From IMG/VR virus record IMGVR_UViG_3300042982_000029, positions 1 to 60,779 of that record: a stretch of 60,779 nt of DNA; one strand, 5' to 3'. The stretch comes from a virus (Duplodnaviria; Caudoviricetes). Shown piece after piece: positions 39,683 through 46,331 of this stretch. Each line of letters opens with the position of its first letter. The first letter of the stretch is position 1. The translations under genes and the position numbers were made by a program. The notes beneath the pieces are model-generated. The model did no database searches and was not told the DNA's origin. It saw only the letters and a program-made list of their open reading frames with translations.

Positions 39683-39918
39683 TCGACCCTCCGGGTCTCC
39701 TCGATGGCCTCCTCGAGCATGCCGCGCGCCGCCCAGCTCGTGATGTCGGACGACGAACGGGTCGTGAGCCACTGCCCTCCGGCGACGTCGGACCACTCGG
39801 CGATGCACAGCCACTTCGTGCACATGACCATGTCGACCCCGAACTGCTCGGCCAGCGCGCTGGCCGCAGCCTGGACGGCCTCGTTCATTAGTTCCTGCAG
39901 GTTCTTCGTCTCCGCCAT
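39679..39918 (-). CDS. Hypothetical protein
   Basis: GAGGAGG RBS; operon packing. Confidence 0.6.
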   Translation of the reverse strand: MAETKNLQELMNEAVQAAASALAEQFGVDMVMCTKWLCIAEWSDVAGGQWLTTRSSSDITSWAARGMLEEAIEETRRVE

Positions 39919-39919
39919 A

Positions 39920-40081
39920 TCAGGCCTCCTCGTCCTCGATGATCCAGTGCGCCGGGATCCAGCGGTCCTTACCGGACTCGGGTCGAATGTACACGCAGTC
40001 CCCGAGGTCGCGCAACACCTCGGCCATCTCCGGCTCGCGGCCGGGAGCGGTCGATGGGCGCCACGTGATCAGTCTGCTCAT
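39920..40081 (-). CDS. Small hypothetical protein (53 aa)
   Basis: MSRLITWRPSTAPG...; fills the gap with an ATGA overlap; absent from the ORF track. Confidence 0.5.
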   Translation of the reverse strand: MSRLITWRPSTAPGREPEMAEVLRDLGDCVYIRPESGKDRWIPAHWIIEDEEA

Positions 40082-40338
40082 ACGCGGTGTCCAGCGCGGA
40101 TCGCGGCGGCCTTGCGGCGGGCCTCACGGGCCTGGTACTCGCTCTGCTCCATCCCCCGGCGGGCCAGGAGCTGCAGGGCTGAGTTGGCCTCCAGGCCGGC
40201 CGAGAGGGTCAGCGTCAGCCGGTACGCCGAGGCGGCCATGTCGCACGAGCTCGCCTCCGCGTCCAGCACGCGGGCTCGCCTCTCCCGCCGGGCGTCGCGC
40301 ATCCGGCGGTACAGCTTCAGGATCGCGTTCTCGAGCAT
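40078..40338 (-). CDS. Hypothetical protein
   Basis: GGAGGG RBS; operon packing. Confidence 0.5.
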   Translation of the reverse strand: MLENAILKLYRRMRDARRERRARVLDAEASSCDMAASAYRLTLTLSAGLEANSALQLLARRGMEQSEYQAREARRKAAAIRAGHRV

Positions 40339-40340
40339 GG

Positions 40341-40973
40341 TCAGCCCTCCAGGATCATCGGCTCGGAGTGGCACGGGCAGATCGGGAAGCCGACCTCGTC
40401 CAGCCATTTCTGAGTGGTGCGGACCTTGTAGATCTTCTTCTTGTCCCGGCCGGCGGCGACGCCTTCCTCGCACAGGACCAGGAGCTGCCGGTTGGTGTCG
40501 CGCTTCGGGGCGATCGGGGTGCCGGACGCGCCTCCCTTGGTGAGTTTGCCGTGCGGGTACTTGCCGAGCTTCTCCGCGATCCGCTTGAAGATCTCGGCCA
40601 GCTCCTCGCCGTACGCGACCTCGGTGGCCTTGCCGGTCATGCCGACCGCGCGGAAGGTCCGGAGGAACGCGCCCTTGTGCCCGCTCGCGCAGTCGTCCCA
40701 GGCGTGGATCATCTCGTGGGTCAGGCAGGCCAGGAGCTCCATGACGTCCTTGAGGACGGGGGAGATGAAGATCGACGGGTCCCCGTCCTCGTTCCAGGCC
40801 CGGTTGAAGCACTGGCCGATCGTGGAGGAGCGGGTGCCCTTGCCGGCCGGCCAGCCAACGCTGACCTGGAAGTCGGGGACCTCGAAGTCGTTCGGGGCGA
40901 ACACCTCGGCGCGGAGCTCGTCGGCGGCGGCCGTCAGCCACTGCTCGCGGGTGGTCCACTTCACGTCGGTCAC
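40341..40973 (-). CDS. SprT-like zinc metalloprotease
   Basis: LTHEMIHAW...GHKGAF; C-terminal Cys motif PICPCH. Confidence 0.78.
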   Translation of the reverse strand: MTDVKWTTREQWLTAAADELRAEVFAPNDFEVPDFQVSVGWPAGKGTRSSTIGQCFNRAWNEDGDPSIFISPVLKDVMELLACLTHEMIHAWDDCASGHKGAFLRTFRAVGMTGKATEVAYGEELAEIFKRIAEKLGKYPHGKLTKGGASGTPIAPKRDTNRQLLVLCEEGVAAGRDKKKIYKVRTTQKWLDEVGFPICPCHSEPMILEG

Positions 40974-41203
40974 TTGGTCACCGGCTTTCCGCTCGGGTCG
41001 AACTCCATGTCGACCGCAGCCTCCCAGGAGCGCCGCTCGGTGTTGTCCAGGCCGTACTCGTGATCGAAGGTGGCGACCTGGATGATGGTCTGGGCGGCCA
41101 TGAAGTGCCCGTGCGCCAGGCCGATCAGCCGCTCTGGTGCGCGGGCGGTCTCGGCCTTCTTCATCAGGACCTTTGCCTCTTTGAAGTGCTCGTAGGCTTC
41201 CAT
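40970..41203 (-). CDS. Hypothetical protein
   Basis: GAGGAG RBS after the promoter. Confidence 0.6.
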   Translation of the reverse strand: MEAYEHFKEAKVLMKKAETARAPERLIGLAHGHFMAAQTIIQVATFDHEYGLDNTERRSWEAAVDMEFDPSGKPVTK

Positions 41204-41234
41204 CGTGGTGCTCCTCTCGCTCGTCGTGTAAACG

Positions 41235-41264
41235 ACCCTACACGCACCTCGGCTCCGGGTGCAA
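41235..41264 (-). promoter_or_regulatory. SigA-like leftward promoter with a CGTTTACACG box over the start site
   Basis: TTGCAC-N18-TAGGGT immediately followed by CGTTTACACG; -35 lies in a hairpin loop. Confidence 0.55.
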
Positions 41265-41294
41265 TACCCGGGGCCGGATGTCTCACGATGCGGA

Positions 41295-41507
41295 CTACTT
41301 GCCTTGGTTGCGGCGGCGCATCTTCGCCTCGCGCTCGCGGCGCTCCTTCTCCGCCTTCTTGCCGGCCTTGTAGGCCTTCATGACCGCGCGGTCCTGGGCC
41401 TTCTTTTTCTTGGCAGCCTCACGGGCGGCGCGCTGCCGCATCTTCTTGATCGCGGCCTCCTCGCGCTGCCGCTGCTCCCGTCGCCGAGAGACCTCATCCT
41501 TAGCCAT
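41295..41507 (-). CDS. Small Lys/Arg-rich protein
   Basis: AGGAG RBS; highly basic, predicted helical. Confidence 0.6.
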   Translation of the reverse strand: MAKDEVSRRREQRQREEAAIKKMRQRAAREAAKKKKAQDRAVMKAYKAGKKAEKERREREAKMRRRNQGK

Positions 41508-41576
41508 GTGCTGAACTCCTAACTCTCGGTGAAATGTTGCCGTACAACCTGGACTATGGTCAGCCCTTATTCCAGG

Positions 41577-42554
41577 TTAGAACGCGCCCGGGGCGACCTG
41601 CAGGCAGGTCAAACCCAGCGAGCGCCACATCTCCACGACCTGGTCGCGGTCGTCCAGTACGAACTGGACGTCGTAGATGTGACGGACGTGCTCGTTGAAC
41701 AGCTCCAGCTTGACGACCGAGTCGCGCCGGTTGTCCCCCTCGGGCCGCATGAACAGCTCAACATTGCGGTCCAGGCGCTCGTCCGGGTCGTCGAAGGTGT
41801 CAGCCTCCAGGATCAGCTCAGCGTCGCGCTCGAGCCAGAGCAGCGTGTCCGCGCGGCAGACCTCGTCGCGGCCGGACATGAAGATCACGTGCGCGTCGTC
41901 GCCCCGGTCGGTGTACGAGAACTTGTACCGCTCGACGAGCTCGGCGATCGGGATGTTGACGTCGTCCTCGAGTACCCGGTCCCAGTCGTACGCCTTGCGG
42001 CCGTTCATCAGGGCCAGCGTGCCGTCCAGGTCCACCAGGATCGCCTTCGGCGCGCCCTCGACCGGCACGTACGGCTTGGAGTCCTCGCCCAGGACAGGCT
42101 CGTACGGCGGCACCGGTGGCAGGCCGCCGGCGATGTTGAACCGGACGAACTGGTTCTGGATGACGTGCGCGCCGACGCGGTGGAGCACGTCTCGCTGGGC
42201 GTCCTGTGCCTTGCAGAGCTCGATCGGCACGTGGAGGAAGTGGTCGACGACGTCGAACTCGGCGCCCTCCTCGTACGCGATCTTCGAGAACTGCCGGGCG
42301 TGCTTCAGTGCCAGGTTGGTGTCGTCGACCACGACGGTGTGGCCGCGCCGGAGCAGCGTGCGGATCGTGTCCTGCTGGATCTTCGTGACGGTCACTTCGA
42401 ACTCGTGGCCGTGCTGGTACCCGCCAAACAGCATCGCCCGAAGGTCGTCGCGGTTCACGCGGTGCCGGTTGGCGATGTCCTGCGCGCAGAAGTCCTTCGC
42501 CCAGGTGGTCTTGCCGGATCCGGACGGGCCTCGCGTGATGATCAGCTTGCTCAA
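41577..42554 (-). CDS. pnk: Polynucleotide 5'-kinase/3'-phosphatase (T4 Pnkp-like)
   Basis: GPSGSGKTT, NRDDLR, VVDDTNL; HAD motif DLDGTLA; LDDRDQVVEMWRSLGLTCLQVAPGAF. Confidence 0.93.
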   Translation of the reverse strand: MSKLIITRGPSGSGKTTWAKDFCAQDIANRHRVNRDDLRAMLFGGYQHGHEFEVTVTKIQQDTIRTLLRRGHTVVVDDTNLALKHARQFSKIAYEEGAEFDVVDHFLHVPIELCKAQDAQRDVLHRVGAHVIQNQFVRFNIAGGLPPVPPYEPVLGEDSKPYVPVEGAPKAILVDLDGTLALMNGRKAYDWDRVLEDDVNIPIAELVERYKFSYTDRGDDAHVIFMSGRDEVCRADTLLWLERDAELILEADTFDDPDERLDRNVELFMRPEGDNRRDSVVKLELFNEHVRHIYDVQFVLDDRDQVVEMWRSLGLTCLQVAPGAF

Positions 42555-42608
42555 GATGAGCTCCTCTCGTTGGCGTGCCCCCGATCCTCGCAGATCGGGG
42601 GCACCGTG

Positions 42609-42803
42609 TCAACCTCGGCCGGGACCGTGTTTCAGATGCCGGCCCCGCTTGCCGCACCGCTTCTCGGTCCCCCACCGGTCGCGGTACGACGCGTTGCACT
42701 TCGGCTTGGACGGGTCGTGCAGGTCGCGGCCGTCATCCTTCGGGCCGAACGACTTGGGCGTCGGATTGCCCCGCTTGCCGGGCTTCTTCGGTCCGCCAAC
42801 CAT
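42609..42803 (-). CDS. Small basic Cys/His protein
   Basis: TGATG coupling; C..(x12)..C..H..H. Confidence 0.5.
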   Translation of the reverse strand: MVGGPKKPGKRGNPTPKSFGPKDDGRDLHDPSKPKCNASYRDRWGTEKRCGKRGRHLKHGPGRG

Positions 42804-43015
42804 CAGTAGAAGAACTTCCCGGCAGCTTTGGCGGCGGCCTTCTTGTCCTTCTTCGCCTGCTTTTTGTACAGCTCCTTGTCGCGCTTGTCCTCGTGATTCG
42901 GGCGCGAGCTCGTCCTGAATCCGACGATGTCGCGACGGTGCTGCGTCTTGTCCGTCTTGGTGTCCGCGTCCCACTTGGAGTTACCGCCCATCAGGGCGTC
43001 CCAGATAGCTCCCAT
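42803..43015 (-). CDS. Small basic hypothetical protein
   Basis: GAGGAG RBS. Confidence 0.55.
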   Translation of the reverse strand: MGAIWDALMGGNSKWDADTKTDKTQHRRDIVGFRTSSRPNHEDKRDKELYKKQAKKDKKAAAKAAGKFFY

Positions 43016-43031
43016 AGGTATCGGGCTCCTC

Positions 43032-43205
43032 TCAGTTGCCGTGCCGGTGCGGCACGTTGGCGTTCTTCGTGCAGTACAGGGTGACCTTCGAGCCGTTCGG
43101 CATCGTCTTGGTCTTGAAGGCGACGCCGCACTTGCGGTACTGCGCCTTCTTGTTCTTGTCCCGCTTCTGCGAGACCTCGTCCTTCTTCTTGCGGCCCCAG
43201 GCCAT
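43032..43205 (-). CDS. Small basic Cys/His protein
   Basis: GGAGG RBS; KCG...YCTKNANVPHRH. Confidence 0.55.
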   Translation of the reverse strand: MAWGRKKKDEVSQKRDKNKKAQYRKCGVAFKTKTMPNGSKVTLYCTKNANVPHRHGN

Positions 43206-43206
43206 G

Positions 43207-43440
43207 TTAGACCTCCGGTGGTTTGTGCGACTCGAGCGGCACCTCGTAGAGGAACGTCGCTGGCTCGAACTGACCTTCGTACTCCGGGTAGCGTAGCGCG
43301 GGCCGACCGTCACTGTCAACGATGATGCCCAGAATGCGGACACTTCCCGAGTCAACGTCGGCCGTCAGCGCGACGACCGGGTTGCGGACGCCGTACTCCC
43401 CGACGGCGTCCGCGAGCAGATTGCCCAGTGTCTTGCTCAC
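43207..43440 (-). CDS. Hypothetical protein
   Basis: GTGA overlap with the ligase stop. Confidence 0.5.
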   Translation of the reverse strand: MSKTLGNLLADAVGEYGVRNPVVALTADVDSGSVRILGIIVDSDGRPALRYPEYEGQFEPATFLYEVPLESHKPPEV

Positions 43441-44591
43441 TTGATGTACAGCTTCGGCTCGTAGGAACCCGGGGTCTGGCCGGCCGGCGGCTGCAGGTCC
43501 TTCCAGATCCGCTTCGTGATGTCCTTGCCGTCGAGCTGCGCGAAGAACGCCCAGGCGTCCTCCTCGGCCTCCTGGAACAGCCGCGCCAGGGCGCCACGCT
43601 TGTCCCGGTCGACGTACCAGCCCTCCTCCTCGTCCAGGCCGACCAGACCGCCCTTGAATGCGTACGACATGGTGTTCTGGTACGAGTCGACCAGGTCGCG
43701 GTATCGGCGCTTGAAGTTGTTCTGGATCTCCGTGTAAACGCCACGGGTCCAGGCGTGGAACTCGTCCGGCAGCGGCTCGAGGATGTCGCCGATGACCTGG
43801 CCGTCCAGGATCGCCTCGTAGACGCGGCGGGTCGACAGGCCGAACACGATCCGGTGCAGCAGCAGGTAGTCCTCCTGCTTCAGCTTCACCATCTTGTCGG
43901 TGCCGCGCTGCCGTACGACGTAGCCCTCGGCGTTCGGCCGGGGCGGGGCCGCCAGGGCGTCCGCGAAGGTCGCGAAGTGGAAGTGATCGGCGCGCGGGCC
44001 GGTCCAGCCGTGGAAGTTGGCCGTGACGCGAGTGTTGTTCACGAACCCCGTCTCGAGCTCGACCGAGCCCAGCAGCACCAGCATGTCGGCGTCGCCGTAG
44101 TCCAGCACGATCCGGTTGTCCGGGTAGACGATCTCGAACAGGATCGTGTCGTCGTCGGCCGGCACGAAGTCGCTGTACTCGCGGTCGAACAGCTCGGTGG
44201 CGTGGACGGCCTGGTCGGACGTGAACGACCCGCGCGTCGCGATCGCGTAGCCGCCCGCGTTCGGCCGGCGGTACAGGATGCCGAGCGAGCCGTCGACCTT
44301 GTCCTGGACCTCGACCTCGGCGTCCAGTGGGATCTGCGCGGCCTGCGGCTGGCCGTGGTTCCAGAACTTCGGGAACGGCCGGGCGACGATCGTGCCATCC
44401 GTCGTGTTCCAGATCAGCCCACGGCAGTAGTTCAGCGAGGGGACCTGCTCGAATAGCTCGGGCTTGGTCTGCGCACGGTCGGTGTAGTTGATGATCCGCA
44501 GCGGCTCGGTCGGGTGGGTCTGCTCGCGGATGTAGCCGTTGGCCAGCAGCCAGCCGAGCTCGTCGGCCGGGGTCAGGTCGTACAGGTGCAC
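43437..44591 (-). CDS. RNA ligase, T4 Rnl1-like
   Basis: CRGLI..VARPFPKFWN, motif I KVDGSLG, ATRGSF, FEIVYP.NRIV, AEGYVV, VKLK. Confidence 0.92.
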   Translation of the reverse strand: MHLYDLTPADELGWLLANGYIREQTHPTEPLRIINYTDRAQTKPELFEQVPSLNYCRGLIWNTTDGTIVARPFPKFWNHGQPQAAQIPLDAEVEVQDKVDGSLGILYRRPNAGGYAIATRGSFTSDQAVHATELFDREYSDFVPADDDTILFEIVYPDNRIVLDYGDADMLVLLGSVELETGFVNNTRVTANFHGWTGPRADHFHFATFADALAAPPRPNAEGYVVRQRGTDKMVKLKQEDYLLLHRIVFGLSTRRVYEAILDGQVIGDILEPLPDEFHAWTRGVYTEIQNNFKRRYRDLVDSYQNTMSYAFKGGLVGLDEEEGWYVDRDKRGALARLFQEAEEDAWAFFAQLDGKDITKRIWKDLQPPAGQTPGSYEPKLYIK

Positions 44592-44620
44592 GATGTTCTC
44601 CTCTCGTCGGTGTGCGCACT

Positions 44621-44650
44621 ATTCTGCCGGTATGCGCACACGAGTGTCAA
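44621..44650 (-). promoter_or_regulatory. SigA-like promoter of the RNA ligase operon
   Basis: TTGACA-N18-CAGAAT; TGTGCGCA/TGCGCACA inverted repeat flanks the -10. Confidence 0.65.
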
Positions 44651-44678
44651 CAGCCTGTCCCGATGTCTCAAGAAATGA

Positions 44679-44716
44679 GACAAGCCCCGGCGGGTGTCGG
44701 CCCGCCAGGGCTTGTC
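44679..44716 (-). terminator. Terminator of the tRNA operon
   Basis: GACAAGCCC..GGCGGG/CCCGCC..GGGCTTGTC stem followed by TCATTTCTT on the minus strand. Confidence 0.72.
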
Positions 44717-44902
44717 GGTCCGGGTTGGATTTAGAGGGCCCGTACCCCTTGACGGCATGCGCTCCGGCGAGGCGGGCATTTGCGGGTGCCAGCCGGGCAG
44801 TAAGGTGCCAGCTAAGGGTCGAACCTTCCGGATTTGGCCGAACGATAGCGCCCCCGTGAGCACGAACTCGTCCTGCTGGTCCACCGGCCAGACGTTACCC
44901 TG

Positions 44903-44977
44903 TAGGCCCCGTGGGACTCGAACCCACAACCCTCCCGGTAAGAGCGGGATGCGCTAATCCAATTGCGCCAGAGACCC
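44903..44977 (-). tRNA. tRNA-Lys(CTT), CCA not encoded
   Basis: Cloverleaf GGGTCTC/GGGGCCT, D arm GCGC/GCGC, anticodon arm TCCCG-CTCTTAC-CGGGA, T loop TTCGAGT. Confidence 0.8.
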
Positions 44978-45069
44978 TCGCGGGAGTGCCGGATCGGGGT
45001 CATCACTCCGCCGCCGGCTGGCCAGTCGATGATCCCCGGAATCCCTTCCGAGGTACTGGCCCTCCCTCG

Positions 45070-45142
45070 CTCCGAAGGCAGGACTCGAACCTGCAACCCT
45101 GGGATCAACAATCCCCTGCTCTACCAGTTGAGCCACTTCGGA
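45070..45142 (-). tRNA. tRNA-Asn(GTT)
   Basis: Acceptor TCCGAAG/CTTCGGA, G73, anticodon loop TTGTTGA, T loop TTCGAGT. Confidence 0.88.
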
Positions 45143-45143
45143 A

Positions 45144-45226
45144 TGGTGGAGCTGTCGGGAATCGAACCCGCGTCCTGCCCGTTCCGCAAGCGGTCTTACG
45201 GGCAGTCGATGCCAATGCTCAGCCCC
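45144..45226 (-). ncRNA. Miniature tmRNA-like RNA: tRNA-like domain only, no mRNA-like domain
   Basis: GGGGCTG/CAGCTCC-ACCA acceptor with G3.U70; stemless D loop ending GG..TCGAC; 7-bp P2a TGCCCGT/ACGGGCA capped by a short hairpin; GGAC linker; T loop TTCGATT. Confidence 0.8.
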
Positions 45227-45306
45227 TCGGGCCTACCTTGCCACTGTCCGGCTGCATGCTCCCCGGCCTCTCGGCGGTCGAACCGGCCATCGTTCCGACT
45301 CTTTCG

Positions 45307-45379
45307 CGGTCGAGACGGGACTCTAACCCGCAACCGACGCCTCGACAGGGCGCTGCTCTCCCAATTGAGCTACTCGACC
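45307..45379 (-). tRNA. tRNA-Asp(GTC)
   Basis: Acceptor GGTCGAG/CTCGACC, G73, anticodon loop CTGTCGA; variant T loop TTAGAGT. Confidence 0.83.
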
Positions 45380-45493
45380 AATGCCGCTGGTGGGTGCACC
45401 CTGTCGGGATCACTCAGGCCGGCCTGATTCTCCCTGTAGACCCCGAGCCGCCAACGGACTCTCCAACTCGGGCGCTGAATGAGTCAGCTCTCG

Positions 45494-45566
45494 TGCGCGA
45501 TCCCGGATTTGAACCAGGGACATCCGGCGTTTGGGCCGGCGCTCTACCAGGCTGAGCTAATCGCAC
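45494..45566 (-). tRNA. tRNA-like gene with a Val-like body and an aberrant 6-nt anticodon loop
   Basis: Acceptor GTGCGAT/ATCGCGC, A73, canonical D and T arms; anticodon arm CCGGC-CCAAAC-GCCGG lacking U33. Confidence 0.7.
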
Positions 45567-45644
45567 AGCGGCTACCATGTCTCCGCTTACCCGAGGATCA
45601 ATTTCACCGATCTGACCTTTCAGCCAAACCCCTCGGCCCTTCCG

Positions 45645-45716
45645 CATCGGACGAGGGATTTGAACCCTCACTACGGGGTTGAGAACCCCGCGTGCTGCCG
45701 ATTACACCAGCCCGAC
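45645..45716 (-). tRNA. tRNA-Glu(CTC)
   Basis: Acceptor GTCGGGC/GTCCGAT, G73, anticodon arm CGGGG-TTCTCAA-CCCCG, short variable loop. Confidence 0.85.
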
Positions 45717-45818
45717 TCGACGGCACCGCGAGGGTTTGCCCAACAGGGGTTGACACCCTGTCCAAGCCGCGTTGCACCGTCTTTCGCTCAGGGCCCACCC
45801 CTGGGATCCCTTCGCTAG

Positions 45819-45891
45819 TGGCGGGAGTCGGACTCGAACCGACAAACGCTGGGTCATGAGCCCAGTGTGCATTCCATCGCACCATCCCGCT
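45819..45891 (-). tRNA. tRNA-Met(CAT), initiator-like
   Basis: A1xC72 mismatch; three G-C pairs in the anticodon stem CTGGG/CCCAG; loop CTCATGA. Confidence 0.85.
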
Positions 45892-46061
45892 ACTACGAAC
45901 CCGCGTGCCGATTGCTTCGCCCAGATCGACACCGTCGCACCTCCCCCTCCGCCAGGGGAGCTCCACAAGACTATCCGGCTCTAGGGCCCTCGCAGGGCCG
46001 TTCGGTGTGACCGTGTCCGTGGAAGTTCAGATTGAGTTGTCAAGTCCTGCCGACGAGAACT

Positions 46062-46092
46062 ACTCTACCAGCAGGCCCCGGTAGGTTGTCAA
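46062..46092 (-). promoter_or_regulatory. Putative promoter of the tRNA operon
   Basis: TTGACA-N19-TAGAGT with a TGn extended -10. Confidence 0.55.
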
Positions 46093-46331
46093 GGCCTGGG
46101 CCCGAACAGTTCCCGAACCCGCCGCCGGATCCGCCGCTGGTCGGCAGCACGCGCCCACTCCCACTCGTCGAGCAAGCGGTTGATCTCCTGGTGCGTCCAA
46201 TCGTAGTGCTCCCACCAGCGCGGGTGGCGCGCGGCCAGCTTGCCCTGCGCCGTGATCGCCTGCTCGAGCTCGACCTGAGTAGGCTTGTGCGCGAACTTGC
46301 CGTACTTCTCGTGGATCTCCTCGTCGCTCAC
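46089..46331 (-). CDS. Hypothetical protein
   Basis: GTGA overlap with the upstream gene. Confidence 0.5.
   Translation of the reverse strand: MSDEEIHEKYGKFAHKPTQVELEQAITAQGKLAARHPRWWEHYDWTHQEINRLLDEWEWARAADQRRIRRRVRELFGPRP

Noticed and set aside
44845-44885. DQQDEFVLTG reading frame as a trans-encoded tmRNA tag for the mini-tmRNA
   Set aside because: Superficially tag-like, but it has no Ala-Ala ending or nearby stop codon and no evident pairing to the tRNA-like domain.
45144-45226. Interpretation as an ordinary tRNA-Ala or as an attP copy of the ssrA 3' end
   Set aside because: It has no D stem and no 7-nt anticodon loop; both 5' and 3' tmRNA ends are present and paired; I saw no integrase.
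44880-45500. HDV-like (theta) or hammerhead ribozymes in tRNA trailers
   Set aside because: I could not find the required P1/pseudoknot pairings or the CUGANGA/GAAA core by eye; a covariance search is needed to exclude them.
44573-45984. ORFs called across the tRNA cluster
   Set aside because: They overlap clear cloverleaf RNA genes and lack RBS or coding-like codon usage.
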